DNA of 64,000 nucleotides from an uncultured Pelagibacteraceae bacterium (GTDB taxonomy: Bacteria; Pseudomonadota; Alphaproteobacteria; Pelagibacterales; AG-422-B15): NCBI GenBank assembly GCA_902524285.1, contig CABZCR010000005.1, forward strand, positions 6,441-70,440, given 5' to 3'. Positions 19,952 through 29,723 of the stretch are shown here, piece after piece (position 1 is the stretch's first letter; every line of letters starts with the position of its first letter). Made by a program: the position numbers and the translations under genes. Below the pieces are notes generated by a model. It was not told the DNA's origin. It did not search any database and saw only the letters and a list, made by a program, of their open reading frames with translations.

Positions 19952-21081
19952 TGAAAAAAATTGGTATAATTGGCGGAGGCATATCTGGTCTTACTTTAGG
20001 CTGTGTTCTAAAGGGATCTGGAAAAGAATGTGTAATTTTTGAAAGATCAAGCGCACTAAGTGAACATGGCGCAGGCATATCATTAACTCCCAATGCTTGT
20101 AAAATACTCAATGAAATAGATATTTTGGATGCTGTCAGAGCAGAGTCTTGTTCTCCATTAGATATTGCTTGGAGAGATGATCAGGGAAATGTAATTAAAA
20201 AAATTAATATTAATGAATTTGGAGAAGTAATTACATCAAACAGAAAAGTCCTAATTAATAAACTGTATGAAAAATTTAAAAATCTTGGTGGAGAAATAAA
20301 ATTTAATCATGAGTTGTTAGATATAATAAAAGAAAAAGAATTAGTTTTCAAAAATCAAGAAAATATAAGTGTCGACTACATAGCAGGCTGCGATGGGATA
20401 AAATCACTAATTAGAACAAATAAAATCAAAAAGGATAAAATTACTTTTTCAGGTTATACCGCGTGGAGAGGTATTGGTTCGTCCGATAGCAAAAGGATAA
20501 ATATATACCTAGGTAAAAATAGCCATATCGTCTGTTACCCTGTTAATGAAAAACTCGAAACAAGTTTTATTGCAATAAAAAAAAGCAAAATAAAAAATAA
20601 TGAAAGTTGGAGAGAGGAGGGAAGGCATGAGGATTTATTAGAGGATTTCTCATCCTATGGAAGTTTCATTAAATCATTATTTCAATCTTCAAAAAAAGTT
20701 TATAAATGGGGTTTATTTGATCGAAAGTCACTTAATTCTTTTTCCAATGGTAACATAACTTTATTAGGAGATTCGGCGCACCCGATGATGCCGTTTTTGG
20801 GTCAAGGCGGCGCTATGGCACTGGAAGATGCATACATATTTGGAAATTTAGCAAACAAATATGACGATTTTAATTTCATAAGAAATAATTATGAGAAATT
20901 GAGGGTGGGTAGGACTAATGCAATTAAAAGATCTTCAAGATATCAGGGATATATAAATCATTTAGGAAACCCAATTTTAAAATCACTAAGAAATTTTATG
21001 TTAAAAAATACAGATATTGCTATGCGAAGAACTAAGAATATTTATAATTACGAACCATTGAAAATTATTAACAATTTATAA
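19951..21081 (+). CDS. FAD-dependent monooxygenase (salicylate hydroxylase-like)
   Basis: GGGISG, GCDG and LLGDSAHPMMPFLGQGGAMALED motifs. Confidence 0.85.
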   Translation: MKKIGIIGGGISGLTLGCVLKGSGKECVIFERSSALSEHGAGISLTPNACKILNEIDILDAVRAESCSPLDIAWRDDQGNVIKKININEFGEVITSNRKVLINKLYEKFKNLGGEIKFNHELLDIIKEKELVFKNQENISVDYIAGCDGIKSLIRTNKIKKDKITFSGYTAWRGIGSSDSKRINIYLGKNSHIVCYPVNEKLETSFIAIKKSKIKNNESWREEGRHEDLLEDFSSYGSFIKSLFQSSKKVYKWGLFDRKSLNSFSNGNITLLGDSAHPMMPFLGQGGAMALEDAYIFGNLANKYDDFNFIRNNYEKLRVGRTNAIKRSSRYQGYINHLGNPILKSLRNFMLKNTDIAMRRTKNIYNYEPLKIINNL

Positions 21082-21083
21082 GT

Positions 21084-21890
21084 ATGACAACATTGCCAGA
21101 AACAAAAGCCTGTAAGGTAAATATAGAAAATGAATGGTTAACTATTTCATTCAATCAACCAGAAAAAAGAAATGCATTAACTAGTGAATTAACTGATGAT
21201 ATTAAAAATATTTTTGATGCAGCGCGTGATGACTTAGGCGTGAGAGGCGTTACCATGAGAGGAGAAGGGGGAATATTTTGTGCGGGTGGAGATTTAAAAA
21301 TGTTTAAAACTGGTTTTCAAGGTGGAGAACAGGGCATGAAAGACGTAGAAGAGGCCAGTGCTTTAACAGGTGCGTTTTTTGATATGATAAACTCTTATCC
21401 AAAGCCAGTTGTTATGTTAGCTGAAGGTGCGGCGATGGCTGGCGGTCTTGGAATGCTTTGTGCTGGAGATATTGTGGTAGTGACTGAAGATTGTAAATTT
21501 GCCTTAACTGAAACTACACTGGGAATACCCCCTGCTCAAATTGCTCCCTTTGTCGCACAAAGAATAGGTTTAGCTAAAGCAAGACGCATCATGCTTACAG
21601 CAGCAAGGTTCACAGGTAAAGAAGCATTTGAAATGGGATTAGCAGATTTTATAGCAAAGGATGCTAATGATTTAAAAAATATTGAGTCTGAAATAATAAA
21701 AGGAGTTATGAATTGTGCTCCTGGAGCAAATGCAATTACAAAAGAAATTGTCCTAGCGACAAGACACTTAGAGAGAAGCGAAATGATCAATTTTGCTGCA
21801 AAAGGTTTTGCTGAACGCATGTTAAGTGATGAAGGCAGAGAAGGCATTGCATCTTTTATTGAGAAACGTAAACCGAAATGGTCAAAATGA
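21084..21890 (+). CDS. Enoyl-CoA hydratase, AtuE-like
   Basis: RNAL, FCAGGDLK, AMAGGLG and ETTLGIPPAQIAPFV motifs. Confidence 0.85.
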   Translation: MTTLPETKACKVNIENEWLTISFNQPEKRNALTSELTDDIKNIFDAARDDLGVRGVTMRGEGGIFCAGGDLKMFKTGFQGGEQGMKDVEEASALTGAFFDMINSYPKPVVMLAEGAAMAGGLGMLCAGDIVVVTEDCKFALTETTLGIPPAQIAPFVAQRIGLAKARRIMLTAARFTGKEAFEMGLADFIAKDANDLKNIESEIIKGVMNCAPGANAITKEIVLATRHLERSEMINFAAKGFAERMLSDEGREGIASFIEKRKPKWSK

Positions 21891-22714
21891 CAGATCAAAA
21901 TTTAGAATTGCAACAAGCTTATGATTTTTGTAATGAAAGCAACGCAGTATACAAATTATTATCATCCTTAAGTGATAGTGATTATGAGGAAAAAACTCAA
22001 TTCAAAGGTTGGAACTTCAATAATGTTATTGGCCACCTTCATGTATGGAATTATGCCGCAGATTTATCTCTTCAAGACGGTGATGATTGGAAAAACTTTG
22101 CCAACAGCGCTCTTGAAATGCTTGGGAAAGGTTCAACGATGAATCAGTTTGAGGAAACTATAACTAAAGGAATTAAAGGGATAGAATTACTAGATACTTG
22201 GAAATCATATTATGAGAAAATGACCGAACGATTTGCTGCTGCTGATCCAAAAAAGAGAGTTAAATGGATGGGTCCAGACATGAGCGCAAGATCTTCAATA
22301 AGCGCAAGACACATGGAGACATGGGCGCATGCTCAGGAGTTATATGATACACTTGGTATTGATAGAATTAACGAGGATCGTATTAAAAACATAGTTATTA
22401 TTGGAAATAACACATTTAAATATTGTTTTACAATAAACAAGAGAGAGCTTCCTGAAGAAACTCCAAGATTAGAATTAACTGCACCATCTGGTGAGGTTTG
22501 GGAGTTTAATAATCCGACAAATGAAAACAAAATAACAGGAAAGGCAGAAGAGTTCTGTCAAGTTGTTACGCAGGTAAGAAATATTGAAGACGTTAATCTC
22601 AATGTATCTGGCGATATAGCAAATGATTGGATGTCAATTGCTCAATGTTTTGCTGGTGGTGCAGAAACTCCACCCAGGCCCGGTACAAGAAAAAAAGTTA
22701 ATCGAAAAAATTAA
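21887..22714 (+). CDS. TIGR03084 family metal-binding protein (MDMPI/DinB-like)
   Basis: IGHL, WMGPDMSARSSISARHMETWAH and IAQCFAG motifs. Confidence 0.75.
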   Translation: MTDQNLELQQAYDFCNESNAVYKLLSSLSDSDYEEKTQFKGWNFNNVIGHLHVWNYAADLSLQDGDDWKNFANSALEMLGKGSTMNQFEETITKGIKGIELLDTWKSYYEKMTERFAAADPKKRVKWMGPDMSARSSISARHMETWAHAQELYDTLGIDRINEDRIKNIVIIGNNTFKYCFTINKRELPEETPRLELTAPSGEVWEFNNPTNENKITGKAEEFCQVVTQVRNIEDVNLNVSGDIANDWMSIAQCFAGGAETPPRPGTRKKVNRKN

Positions 22715-23027
22715 TTAATCTCAGCAAAAAAATAATTGACCCAAAAAGCATTTCAATATTTATTCCATTAATTAAAGAACTCGTCCCGAAGGCAATATTT
22801 GCATAAATTATAATTCCAATAATAATTAAGCAAAAAATTATTCCTAAAGTTTTCTGATAAATACTTGGATTTAATATTGACTCTCTTAATCCGTATCCAG
22901 AAAAATATGCAAGTATGCAAGATGCGGTAAATACCAGCGCATTAAGAAAATTACTTAAATAAGAAATATAAATTGATAAAAATATGATTAAGCCGAATAA
23001 AAAAATTTTACTATAGTTAATAATCAT
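22698..23027 (-). CDS. Hypothetical membrane protein
   Basis: Four hydrophobic segments; abuts the upstream gene. Confidence 0.55.
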   Translation of the reverse strand: MIINYSKIFLFGLIIFLSIYISYLSNFLNALVFTASCILAYFSGYGLRESILNPSIYQKTLGIIFCLIIIGIIIYANIAFGTSSLINGINIEMLFGSIIFLLRLINFFD

Positions 23028-23438
23028 TTATTTTGGTGTTTTCATGGCAACTCCGTTTAAAGGTCCAAACGTCTCAGCATCTGCCTTGATCCAATTTTCA
23101 TAATCCTTAAAAGCAGTCGATGTTAATTTTAAACTTTTTATACGCTTATCTTTTGGAAGGGCAGTTTTTTTAATAAACCCTTTTTGTATTCCAGCCTCAA
23201 TAATGGATTGTATTGAAGATTTAGAGCCTGTTTTAGGTGAAATAGACTGGCATAAATGCTGAAAAGAAGTTGTATAATTGGGATCAAAAGTTGCCAATGC
23301 AATTATTGTCATCACATTCCAATGTAAAGGAGATTGGAAAATAAAGTTTGTAAGAGGTAAATTAAGTTCATATTCTTCGTAAAATCTTAGAGCAGACTCT
23401 ATTGTTTTAACAATTTCTTGATGATACTTGCTATTCAT
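23028..23438 (-). CDS. Winged-helix (MarR-like) DNA-binding protein
   Basis: SKSSIQSIIEAGIQKGFIKK...DKRIKSLKLT. Confidence 0.7.
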   Translation of the reverse strand: MNSKYHQEIVKTIESALRFYEEYELNLPLTNFIFQSPLHWNVMTIIALATFDPNYTTSFQHLCQSISPKTGSKSSIQSIIEAGIQKGFIKKTALPKDKRIKSLKLTSTAFKDYENWIKADAETFGPLNGVAMKTPK

Positions 23439-23514
23439 TGATAAGGAATACTATTAGACTCCCATAATAAATAATTACCTATGTTTGGTAATAGTTTTTA
23501 AATATTATTTTTAT

Positions 23515-24492
23515 TTAAACAGCAATTTTAGAGAGTCTTGATGCGATAATTTCTTCAGCTTCAGCAACAACTCTATCAATTAATTCTTTACAAGTTGGTA
23601 TATCATGAATAAGTCCAGCTACCATACCACAACTCCATGCGCCTGCATCCATTGCACCTTCTTGCATAATTTTTGGGTAAACACCTGCTACCTCTCCAAA
23701 GATATCTTGTATTTGGATCTCATCTCCTAAAGATTTTTCTTTTTCGAGTATTTTTGTAACTGCATCATTTTTTAATACTCTTTCTGTATTTCTTAATGGT
23801 CGCATAATTAGTTCGGTATCGAGTTCGCTTGCATTGACTAGGGCCTCTTTTACATTTTGATGCACAGGAGCCTCTTTTGTTGCAATAAAGCGTGTCCCCA
23901 TGTTTACACCCTCAGCACCCATGGCTAGAGCAGCTACAAGTTGTTGGCCGTTACCCATGCCACCAGAAGCAATAAAAGGAATTTTTAATTCTTCAAAAGC
24001 ACGAGGTAAAAGTATCATATTTGGAATATCGTCTTCACCAGGATGACCACCACATTCAAAACCGTCAACACTCGCCGCGTCGCATCCAATTTTTTCTGCT
24101 TTTAGAGCGTGTCTAACAGACGTACACTTATGTATTACTTTTATTCCAGCATCCTTAAGAAGTGGCATAAATTTTTCAGGGCTTCTTCCGGCAGTCTCTA
24201 CAATTTTAACACCACCTTTTACAATTGACTCTATATAGCCAGGATAATCTGGGTTTGCAAAACCTGGAAGGAAAGTCAAATTAACACCAATTGGCTTGTC
24301 AGTCATATCTTTGCAACGAGCTATTTCGTTTGAAAGATCTTTTGGACTGGCTTGAGTAAGTCCGGTTATGATTCCTAAGCCTCCTGCATTAGAAACTGCA
24401 GCAGCCATTTCAGCAAAGCCAACGTAATGCATACCGCCTTGTACAATTGGATGGTCAATTTCGAACATTTCTGTAATTTTTGTTTTAATCAT
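23515..24492 (-). CDS. Nitronate monooxygenase-family FMN oxidoreductase
   Basis: PIVQGGM, DGFECGGHPGE and GVNMGTRF motifs. Confidence 0.85.
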   Translation of the reverse strand: MIKTKITEMFEIDHPIVQGGMHYVGFAEMAAAVSNAGGLGIITGLTQASPKDLSNEIARCKDMTDKPIGVNLTFLPGFANPDYPGYIESIVKGGVKIVETAGRSPEKFMPLLKDAGIKVIHKCTSVRHALKAEKIGCDAASVDGFECGGHPGEDDIPNMILLPRAFEELKIPFIASGGMGNGQQLVAALAMGAEGVNMGTRFIATKEAPVHQNVKEALVNASELDTELIMRPLRNTERVLKNDAVTKILEKEKSLGDEIQIQDIFGEVAGVYPKIMQEGAMDAGAWSCGMVAGLIHDIPTCKELIDRVVAEAEEIIASRLSKIAV

Positions 24493-24587
24493 TGTTTTTC
24501 CCAGATTTATAAATAATTTGGATATTAGACTTTATCGAGCTTTTTAAATCAAGCAGATTTTTCAGCTATTTATTTGAAAGGATTATT

Positions 24588-24803
24588 ATGATTAATCGAC
24601 TTAAGTGGGCTAGTACTTTTTTTATCTTGGTTGGTATTTTGCTGACTAATTTAAATATTTATCCCTTAAATATATTTGTTCATGGAACGGGTGCAATTGG
24701 ATGGACAATGGTAGGATATATGATGGCAGATCGCGCCATATTAACAAATTTTGGACTTCAAATTCCCTTGTTTATAATTGGTAATATATATCTTTTGGTA
24801 TAA
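24588..24803 (+). CDS. Small conserved membrane protein
   Basis: LKWAST...NIYPLNI...W...DRAIL pattern; hydrophobic. Confidence 0.65.
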   Translation: MINRLKWASTFFILVGILLTNLNIYPLNIFVHGTGAIGWTMVGYMMADRAILTNFGLQIPLFIIGNIYLLV

Positions 24804-24812
24804 GTAATTTGA

Positions 24813-25196
24813 ATGTCTGAAAAAGAGATAGTAATTAATATATTCGGTGATGAGATTGAAGCTTGCTGCTATGACCCAATGACTGGTTATTTTAGAGATG
24901 GTTTCTGTAACACTGACGAACACGATTATGGAAGTCACGTGGTTTGCGCAGTAATGACAGATGATTTTCTTGAATTTAGTAAATCTAAAGGAAATGATCT
25001 CTCAACGCCAAGACCAGAATTTAATTTTCCTGGATTAAAAGAAGGTGATCGCTGGTGCCTTTGCGCTTTGAGATGGAAAGAGGCATATGACGCAGGTGTA
25101 GCACCAAAAGTACACCTTGAAAGTTGTCATTTAAATTCTTTAAACTTTGTTACAAAAGAGCAATTAGAAGAGCACGCGGTAAATAGATTAAACTAA
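24813..25196 (+). CDS. DUF2237 family protein
   Basis: PMTGYFRDGFC...H.VC...GNDLSTP...GLKEGDRWCLCA. Confidence 0.9.
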   Translation: MSEKEIVINIFGDEIEACCYDPMTGYFRDGFCNTDEHDYGSHVVCAVMTDDFLEFSKSKGNDLSTPRPEFNFPGLKEGDRWCLCALRWKEAYDAGVAPKVHLESCHLNSLNFVTKEQLEEHAVNRLN

Positions 25197-25201
25197 TAAC
25201 A

Positions 25202-26272
25202 ATGAAATTTTTTACCTCAATAATCTTTTTTTTACTCACCTTTAATTTAAATGCATCAGAATACAAATTAGAAAAAGTAATCTCTGGCCTTAATAAGCCA
25301 TGGGGCATGAGTTTTATCAACGATAATGAATTATTTCTTACACAAAAATCAGGTGAAATTTTAAAAATTAATTTAATAACAAAAGAAGTAAAAAATTATC
25401 CTCATAATTTAAAAGTTGTTCAACCGCACTGGCAAGCTGGAATGCTCGATGTAATTTATGAAGATGGTGAGATTTTTGTAAGTTATACAGAAGACAGAGG
25501 AGATGATAAAACCAGCACGTCAATAGCTCGAGGTTTTATTGAAAACGATAGTTTCAGCAAATTAGAAAATATTTTCCAATCAGGTTCTTCATGGAACAAC
25601 ATTCACTGGGGATCAAGGCTAATGTTTAAAGATGGTTTATTGTATGCAAGTATTGGTGAGCGCGGTTATGGAAGTGTTGCACAAAATCCAACAAGTTACT
25701 TTGGAAAAATGATACGAATTAATAAAGATGGGTCAGCACCTAAGGATAATCCATATTCAATGAACGAAGACTGGTTACCTGAGATCTATCAAATAGGACT
25801 TAGAAATCCTCAAGGCATAATGCTCTATCCAAATGATAGTGAAATATATATTACAAATCACGGGCCTAGAGGTGGTGATTTTTTTGGTAAAGTAGAGGCA
25901 GGAACTAACTACGGTTGGGCGGATGTTGCATGGGGTGGAATTGATTATGATGGCTCAATTATTGGTGACGGAAGTGCATGGAAAGAAGGACTTTTAAAAC
26001 CAATTTATACATGGGTCCCATCAATTGCGGTCAGTGACATGACGTTTTATGGAGGAGACTTGTTTCCTGAATTAAAAAATAAAATTTTGGTGACCAGTTT
26101 AAAAGCACAAAGATTAATTTCACTCGAATTTGACGGTAAAAAAGCAAGAAATGAAACTACGTTATTTGAGAAAGTTGGTCGAGTACGCGATGTAGAAACA
26201 AATAGTGCTGGTGAAATTTATGTTATTATTGATAACGAAGATAGTGGAATTTGGAAGTTAGTAAATAAATAA
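25202..26272 (+). CDS. PQQ-dependent glucose/sorbosone dehydrogenase family protein
   Basis: PWGM, HWGSR, GLRNPQG, HGPRGGD and NYGW motifs. Confidence 0.9.
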   Translation: MKFFTSIIFFLLTFNLNASEYKLEKVISGLNKPWGMSFINDNELFLTQKSGEILKINLITKEVKNYPHNLKVVQPHWQAGMLDVIYEDGEIFVSYTEDRGDDKTSTSIARGFIENDSFSKLENIFQSGSSWNNIHWGSRLMFKDGLLYASIGERGYGSVAQNPTSYFGKMIRINKDGSAPKDNPYSMNEDWLPEIYQIGLRNPQGIMLYPNDSEIYITNHGPRGGDFFGKVEAGTNYGWADVAWGGIDYDGSIIGDGSAWKEGLLKPIYTWVPSIAVSDMTFYGGDLFPELKNKILVTSLKAQRLISLEFDGKKARNETTLFEKVGRVRDVETNSAGEIYVIIDNEDSGIWKLVNK

Positions 26273-26808
26273 TGTTTTATATTTACTTAACAATAAAAAT
26301 AATAGCCTATTACTCACTTCCTTATTATTTATTTCATCAAAGAAAATCGCACAACAAACTATTAAGCTTTCAATCTTTTTTTCTTATATTTTGGCTTCTT
26401 TATTTAGCATATTTATCTTATTTGCCTTTTATAGACTACTACTACACAAACGAACTAAATGTTCAGTTTATTATACCTAATTATGCGTCATACATTTTGG
26501 TAGTCATGTTTGCTCCAGTGCCTACGTTATTTTATTTATTTTTTATACCATTAGTATCTAAATTTAGAATTTTAAGCATAGGTGTTGGGATTTTATATCT
26601 ATTAGTCAGCTCGATTATAATTTTTGGAATTGAGACATTTAACTATCAAAAAAGAGTCCCATTAGAGAAAATATGTTACAATTTTCATAGTGATACAGAT
26701 GAAAAACTTTCATGCTGTCTTAAAGCAGGTTATATTTGGCAGGAAGGGTTTAGTTATTTTGAAGATGTACCTACGGGCTGTAAAAAGTATATGAATTGGA
26801 ACGATTAA
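26272..26808 (+). CDS. Hypothetical membrane protein
   Basis: TM segments plus Cys-rich C-terminus; coupled to neighbours. Confidence 0.6.
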   Translation: MFYIYLTIKIIAYYSLPYYLFHQRKSHNKLLSFQSFFLIFWLLYLAYLSYLPFIDYYYTNELNVQFIIPNYASYILVVMFAPVPTLFYLFFIPLVSKFRILSIGVGILYLLVSSIIIFGIETFNYQKRVPLEKICYNFHSDTDEKLSCCLKAGYIWQEGFSYFEDVPTGCKKYMNWND

Positions 26809-26809
26809 T

Positions 26810-27202
26810 ATGAGTAATGTTAATTTACTTTTAGGAAGAATAATAATTGGAATTTATTTTTTAGTTTTTGGAGCAATATTCAAATTATTTAATTATGAAT
26901 TTACTCTTAATTATATGTTTGATCATCAAGTGCCGTATACAGAAATATCTTTAATAATAACAATAATTTTACAAAGTGTATGTTCAATTTCAATTTTAGT
27001 AGGCTATTATTCAAAATTATCTGCCTTTGTATTAGCGCTTCTGACAATACTAATAAATTATTATATGCATGATTTTTGGAATATGAGTGAAGGTTTGGAG
27101 CAGAGGCATGAACTTCAAAATTTTGTTAAAAATACAGGAATAATCGCGGGTTTATTAATTTTATCAGCTGTTCACCCAGGCAAATACAAATTAGCACATT
27201 AG
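26810..27202 (+). CDS. DoxX family membrane protein
   Basis: LLGRII...HDFWN...FVKN motifs. Confidence 0.85.
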   Translation: MSNVNLLLGRIIIGIYFLVFGAIFKLFNYEFTLNYMFDHQVPYTEISLIITIILQSVCSISILVGYYSKLSAFVLALLTILINYYMHDFWNMSEGLEQRHELQNFVKNTGIIAGLLILSAVHPGKYKLAH

Positions 27203-27979
27203 ATGTACAAATATTTCCTACAAGGACTCAGAATAGGTGTCATTTCTAATTTATTTCTACTTTGGGCCTCTTTAACAATAGCAAACATTAGCAATGACTT
27301 ATTCCTTGTTGTTCCTGCTATAATTTTAATATCAGTTTCTGCATTTAGATGTTTGTTTCCTGTAAATTATGCTTCTAAATCAGTGATTATTGACACAGTT
27401 CTTTCTTCAGTATTTGTGACACGATTTTTAGTAACCATCGTTGAGGTGACATATATCTATATGTTTAGTTATGTGCTCAGGGTTATTAATTCTGATCAAT
27501 ATATGCTTGTTGATTTAATTTCTTGGTTAATGGTTATCCAAGTAATTATTTCACAGTTTTTTTGTTGGGGTGCAATACTTTTAAAATACGAACGTTTTTA
27601 CTTTTATGAAGAGTTTGGATGGTTTGTAATTTTTTTAATTAATACGATTTTAAGCATAGCCATGCTTAGCTTAGATCTATCAAATGCTCATCATTCACTT
27701 ATTATTATTAACATAGTTTTTGGAGCTTTATATCTACCATGGCAAGTGCTGCATTTAAAATCTATAACAAAAAGAATAAATGATAATCCTGAAATTAAGG
27801 CTCAAGAATTCAAAGTGGATTTATCAAAAGTTAAAGTGGAATTAAAAAGCTCAATTAATGATCGAAAATTATCTTTTGAGAGTAACGATTGGGGCGGAGT
27901 AGTCGGGATGATGTGGATGTATGGGTATTGGATATTATTTATTCCAATATGGATTTTCTATATTATTTTAATTATTTAA
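27203..27979 (+). CDS. Hypothetical multi-pass membrane protein
   Basis: 258-aa hydrophobic ORF in an operon. Confidence 0.7.
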   Translation: MYKYFLQGLRIGVISNLFLLWASLTIANISNDLFLVVPAIILISVSAFRCLFPVNYASKSVIIDTVLSSVFVTRFLVTIVEVTYIYMFSYVLRVINSDQYMLVDLISWLMVIQVIISQFFCWGAILLKYERFYFYEEFGWFVIFLINTILSIAMLSLDLSNAHHSLIIINIVFGALYLPWQVLHLKSITKRINDNPEIKAQEFKVDLSKVKVELKSSINDRKLSFESNDWGGVVGMMWMYGYWILFIPIWIFYIILII

Positions 27980-28123
27980 CTATTCCCCCATATACGCCTA
28001 ACTCATACATTAGGATACGACATCAAACAGAGGTATAGCAATAAAATTATCTATACTTGCATACATACACGTACTGCCTTGTACAGGGTCGTGCAGTAGA
28101 GTACGTACACGAAGTAGGCCCGA
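27980..28123 (-). repeat. Right-arm att repeat copy 1, ending in a displaced livG 3' end (A-Y-M-G-E-TAG)
   Basis: 144 bp ungapped match to 29559-29702, 21 mismatches by hand count (~85%). Confidence 0.9.
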
Positions 28124-28171
28124 CCAATGTTCTTTCGCAACACAAAATAATTTAATTAATCTCACAAAGTA

Positions 28172-29434
28172 TTAATCATGTGAAAAAGTGCCATCAGGAT
28201 AAATTTTCTGAGCTTTGTAAAGTATTCTATGATCTTGGCTTAAAGACTCTTTTGCACCAATATCTAAAACAACTTCTCCATTTGAGTTTATTTCAAGTAA
28301 ATGACTTCCAGTAACAACCATAAAATTACCATTTTTCAATTTATCAACGTCCCTTATTGTTCCGTATGCCTTACTCTTAGGGGCTCGCCATTGCCAAACG
28401 ATTTTATCTGTCTCAGGATTAAACTCAATAGCTCTATCGGGATTCCTTAAACCAACTACTATATTGCCATTTTGAAGTTGTTGAGGCTCGTGAGGATTGC
28501 ATCCTCTTATCTCTCCAGAGGTCAAAAGAGCTCTTTTTTTCTTGTTACAATTAAAAATATATTTTTTTATTATCTCAGCCTCTCTATTAATCCAAATAAT
28601 TTCTTGAAAATCACGCATGGAGATTAAAAAAGTATCATCTGCAAGCGCAGTCACACCATTATTGTGTATCCAAGTTTTACCTGAACCAGTAGTTTTTGAA
28701 TCCGACGCATATGCATCTGCAAATGGAGCAATGTTATGAGTCTTCATGCCATCCCAACTCCACACAACGTTTTTATTGTTATCAACTTCGATGATTTTTT
28801 TACTTCCTTTAGGACCCCATGCGTAATTTATAAGGACATTTTCGTTCGATAACTTATCAACATCATGACTTACTTTAGTTTTGTAAGACCAAATTACTTT
28901 GCCTTCTCTATCTATCTCATAAACCCCTTTTTCAGCGGCGATTAAAATTGTGTTTTTATTTGTGAATTTAGCATCATCTAATCTTCCAAATGAGCTATCC
29001 CCATTGTATTGCCAAACGATTTCAGCATTATTAGTAATTTCCACTACTCGACCGTGTGAATTTTTTTGAGGGACAACTAGTAAAAATGTTCCTTCCTGAA
29101 TTTTATTAGCTTCATATACTAATAATTGCAGATCTTTACCAAAAGGGGAGGTTTTAAAAATCTGAGGATCTTGTTCACTGCTAGCAACATTATTTCCATT
29201 TTTCTTCCATATTTTTTTACATGATTGAATAACCTCTTTTGCTTTTTTTCTTAATGGTTTTTCGTCTGGTCGACCGTTTTCTAAGAATTTGATTTCACTT
29301 TCTTCTAAACCATTACTTTTAAAGCATTTCAGAACTTCTTCATTTGGATTAGAAAAAATATCCCATTTGCTAGCCTGACTAGGACCAGAATAGAGAATAA
29401 AAATAATTGTGATTATTAATTTACAAAATTTCAT
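28172..29434 (-). CDS. Secreted arylsulfotransferase-like beta-propeller protein
   Basis: Signal peptide; repeated E.D..G..VW.W/Y blades; SHDVD, WIHNN and PHEP His motifs. Confidence 0.65.
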   Translation of the reverse strand: MKFCKLIITIIFILYSGPSQASKWDIFSNPNEEVLKCFKSNGLEESEIKFLENGRPDEKPLRKKAKEVIQSCKKIWKKNGNNVASSEQDPQIFKTSPFGKDLQLLVYEANKIQEGTFLLVVPQKNSHGRVVEITNNAEIVWQYNGDSSFGRLDDAKFTNKNTILIAAEKGVYEIDREGKVIWSYKTKVSHDVDKLSNENVLINYAWGPKGSKKIIEVDNNKNVVWSWDGMKTHNIAPFADAYASDSKTTGSGKTWIHNNGVTALADDTFLISMRDFQEIIWINREAEIIKKYIFNCNKKKRALLTSGEIRGCNPHEPQQLQNGNIVVGLRNPDRAIEFNPETDKIVWQWRAPKSKAYGTIRDVDKLKNGNFMVVTGSHLLEINSNGEVVLDIGAKESLSQDHRILYKAQKIYPDGTFSHD

Positions 29435-29513
29435 ATAAATAACTTTATTTATAAATTGTTAAGAATTTATTGCATTTTAGTATCATAAAACTATTTGTAA
29501 AAAAAAATTTAAC

Positions 29514-29558
29514 AAAGTGGGAGTTAAAAGTTGCAGCTAATTCGTTGAATAGAAGAAT
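29514..29558 (-). repeat. Left-arm att repeat of cassette A
   Basis: 31/45 identity to 32194-32238 at the same distance from the core (aaagtrgrggttaaaagttg-type block). Confidence 0.75.
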
Positions 29559-29704
29559 TTACTCCCCCATATACGCCTGAGTCATACGTTGCTGTACAAC
29601 GTCGAACTTAGGTTTAGCAACAAAATTATCTATACTTGCATTCATACACGTACAGCCTTGTTAAGGGTCGTGCAGTAGAGTACGTACACGAACTAGGCCC
29701 GAAT
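29559..29704 (-). repeat. Right-arm att repeat copy 2, ending in Q-A-Y-M-G-E-TAA
   Basis: Homologous to 27980-28123; last codons mimic the livG 3' end. Confidence 0.9.
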
Positions 29705-29723
29705 ATTACCTTTCTACGTATGA

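Larger units (their letters stand above)
27992..29570. mobile_element. Cassette A (1579 bp), integrase-less integrated element
   Basis: Bounded by tcccccat cores at 27984-27991 and 29563-29570; right arm and partial left arm present. Confidence 0.75.

Noticed and set aside
27974-28001. XerCD dif-like site (gcgtata...gttaaat on the minus strand)
   Set aside because: Spacing is one base off, the XerD-like part comes from the neighbouring gene's stop region, and it is absent from the other two cores.
27980-28123. Right arm as a tRNA, tRNA fragment or integron attC hairpin
   Set aside because: No cloverleaf or T-loop motif; the main local hairpins in one copy are not preserved in the other, and I see no attC-type long imperfect palindrome.
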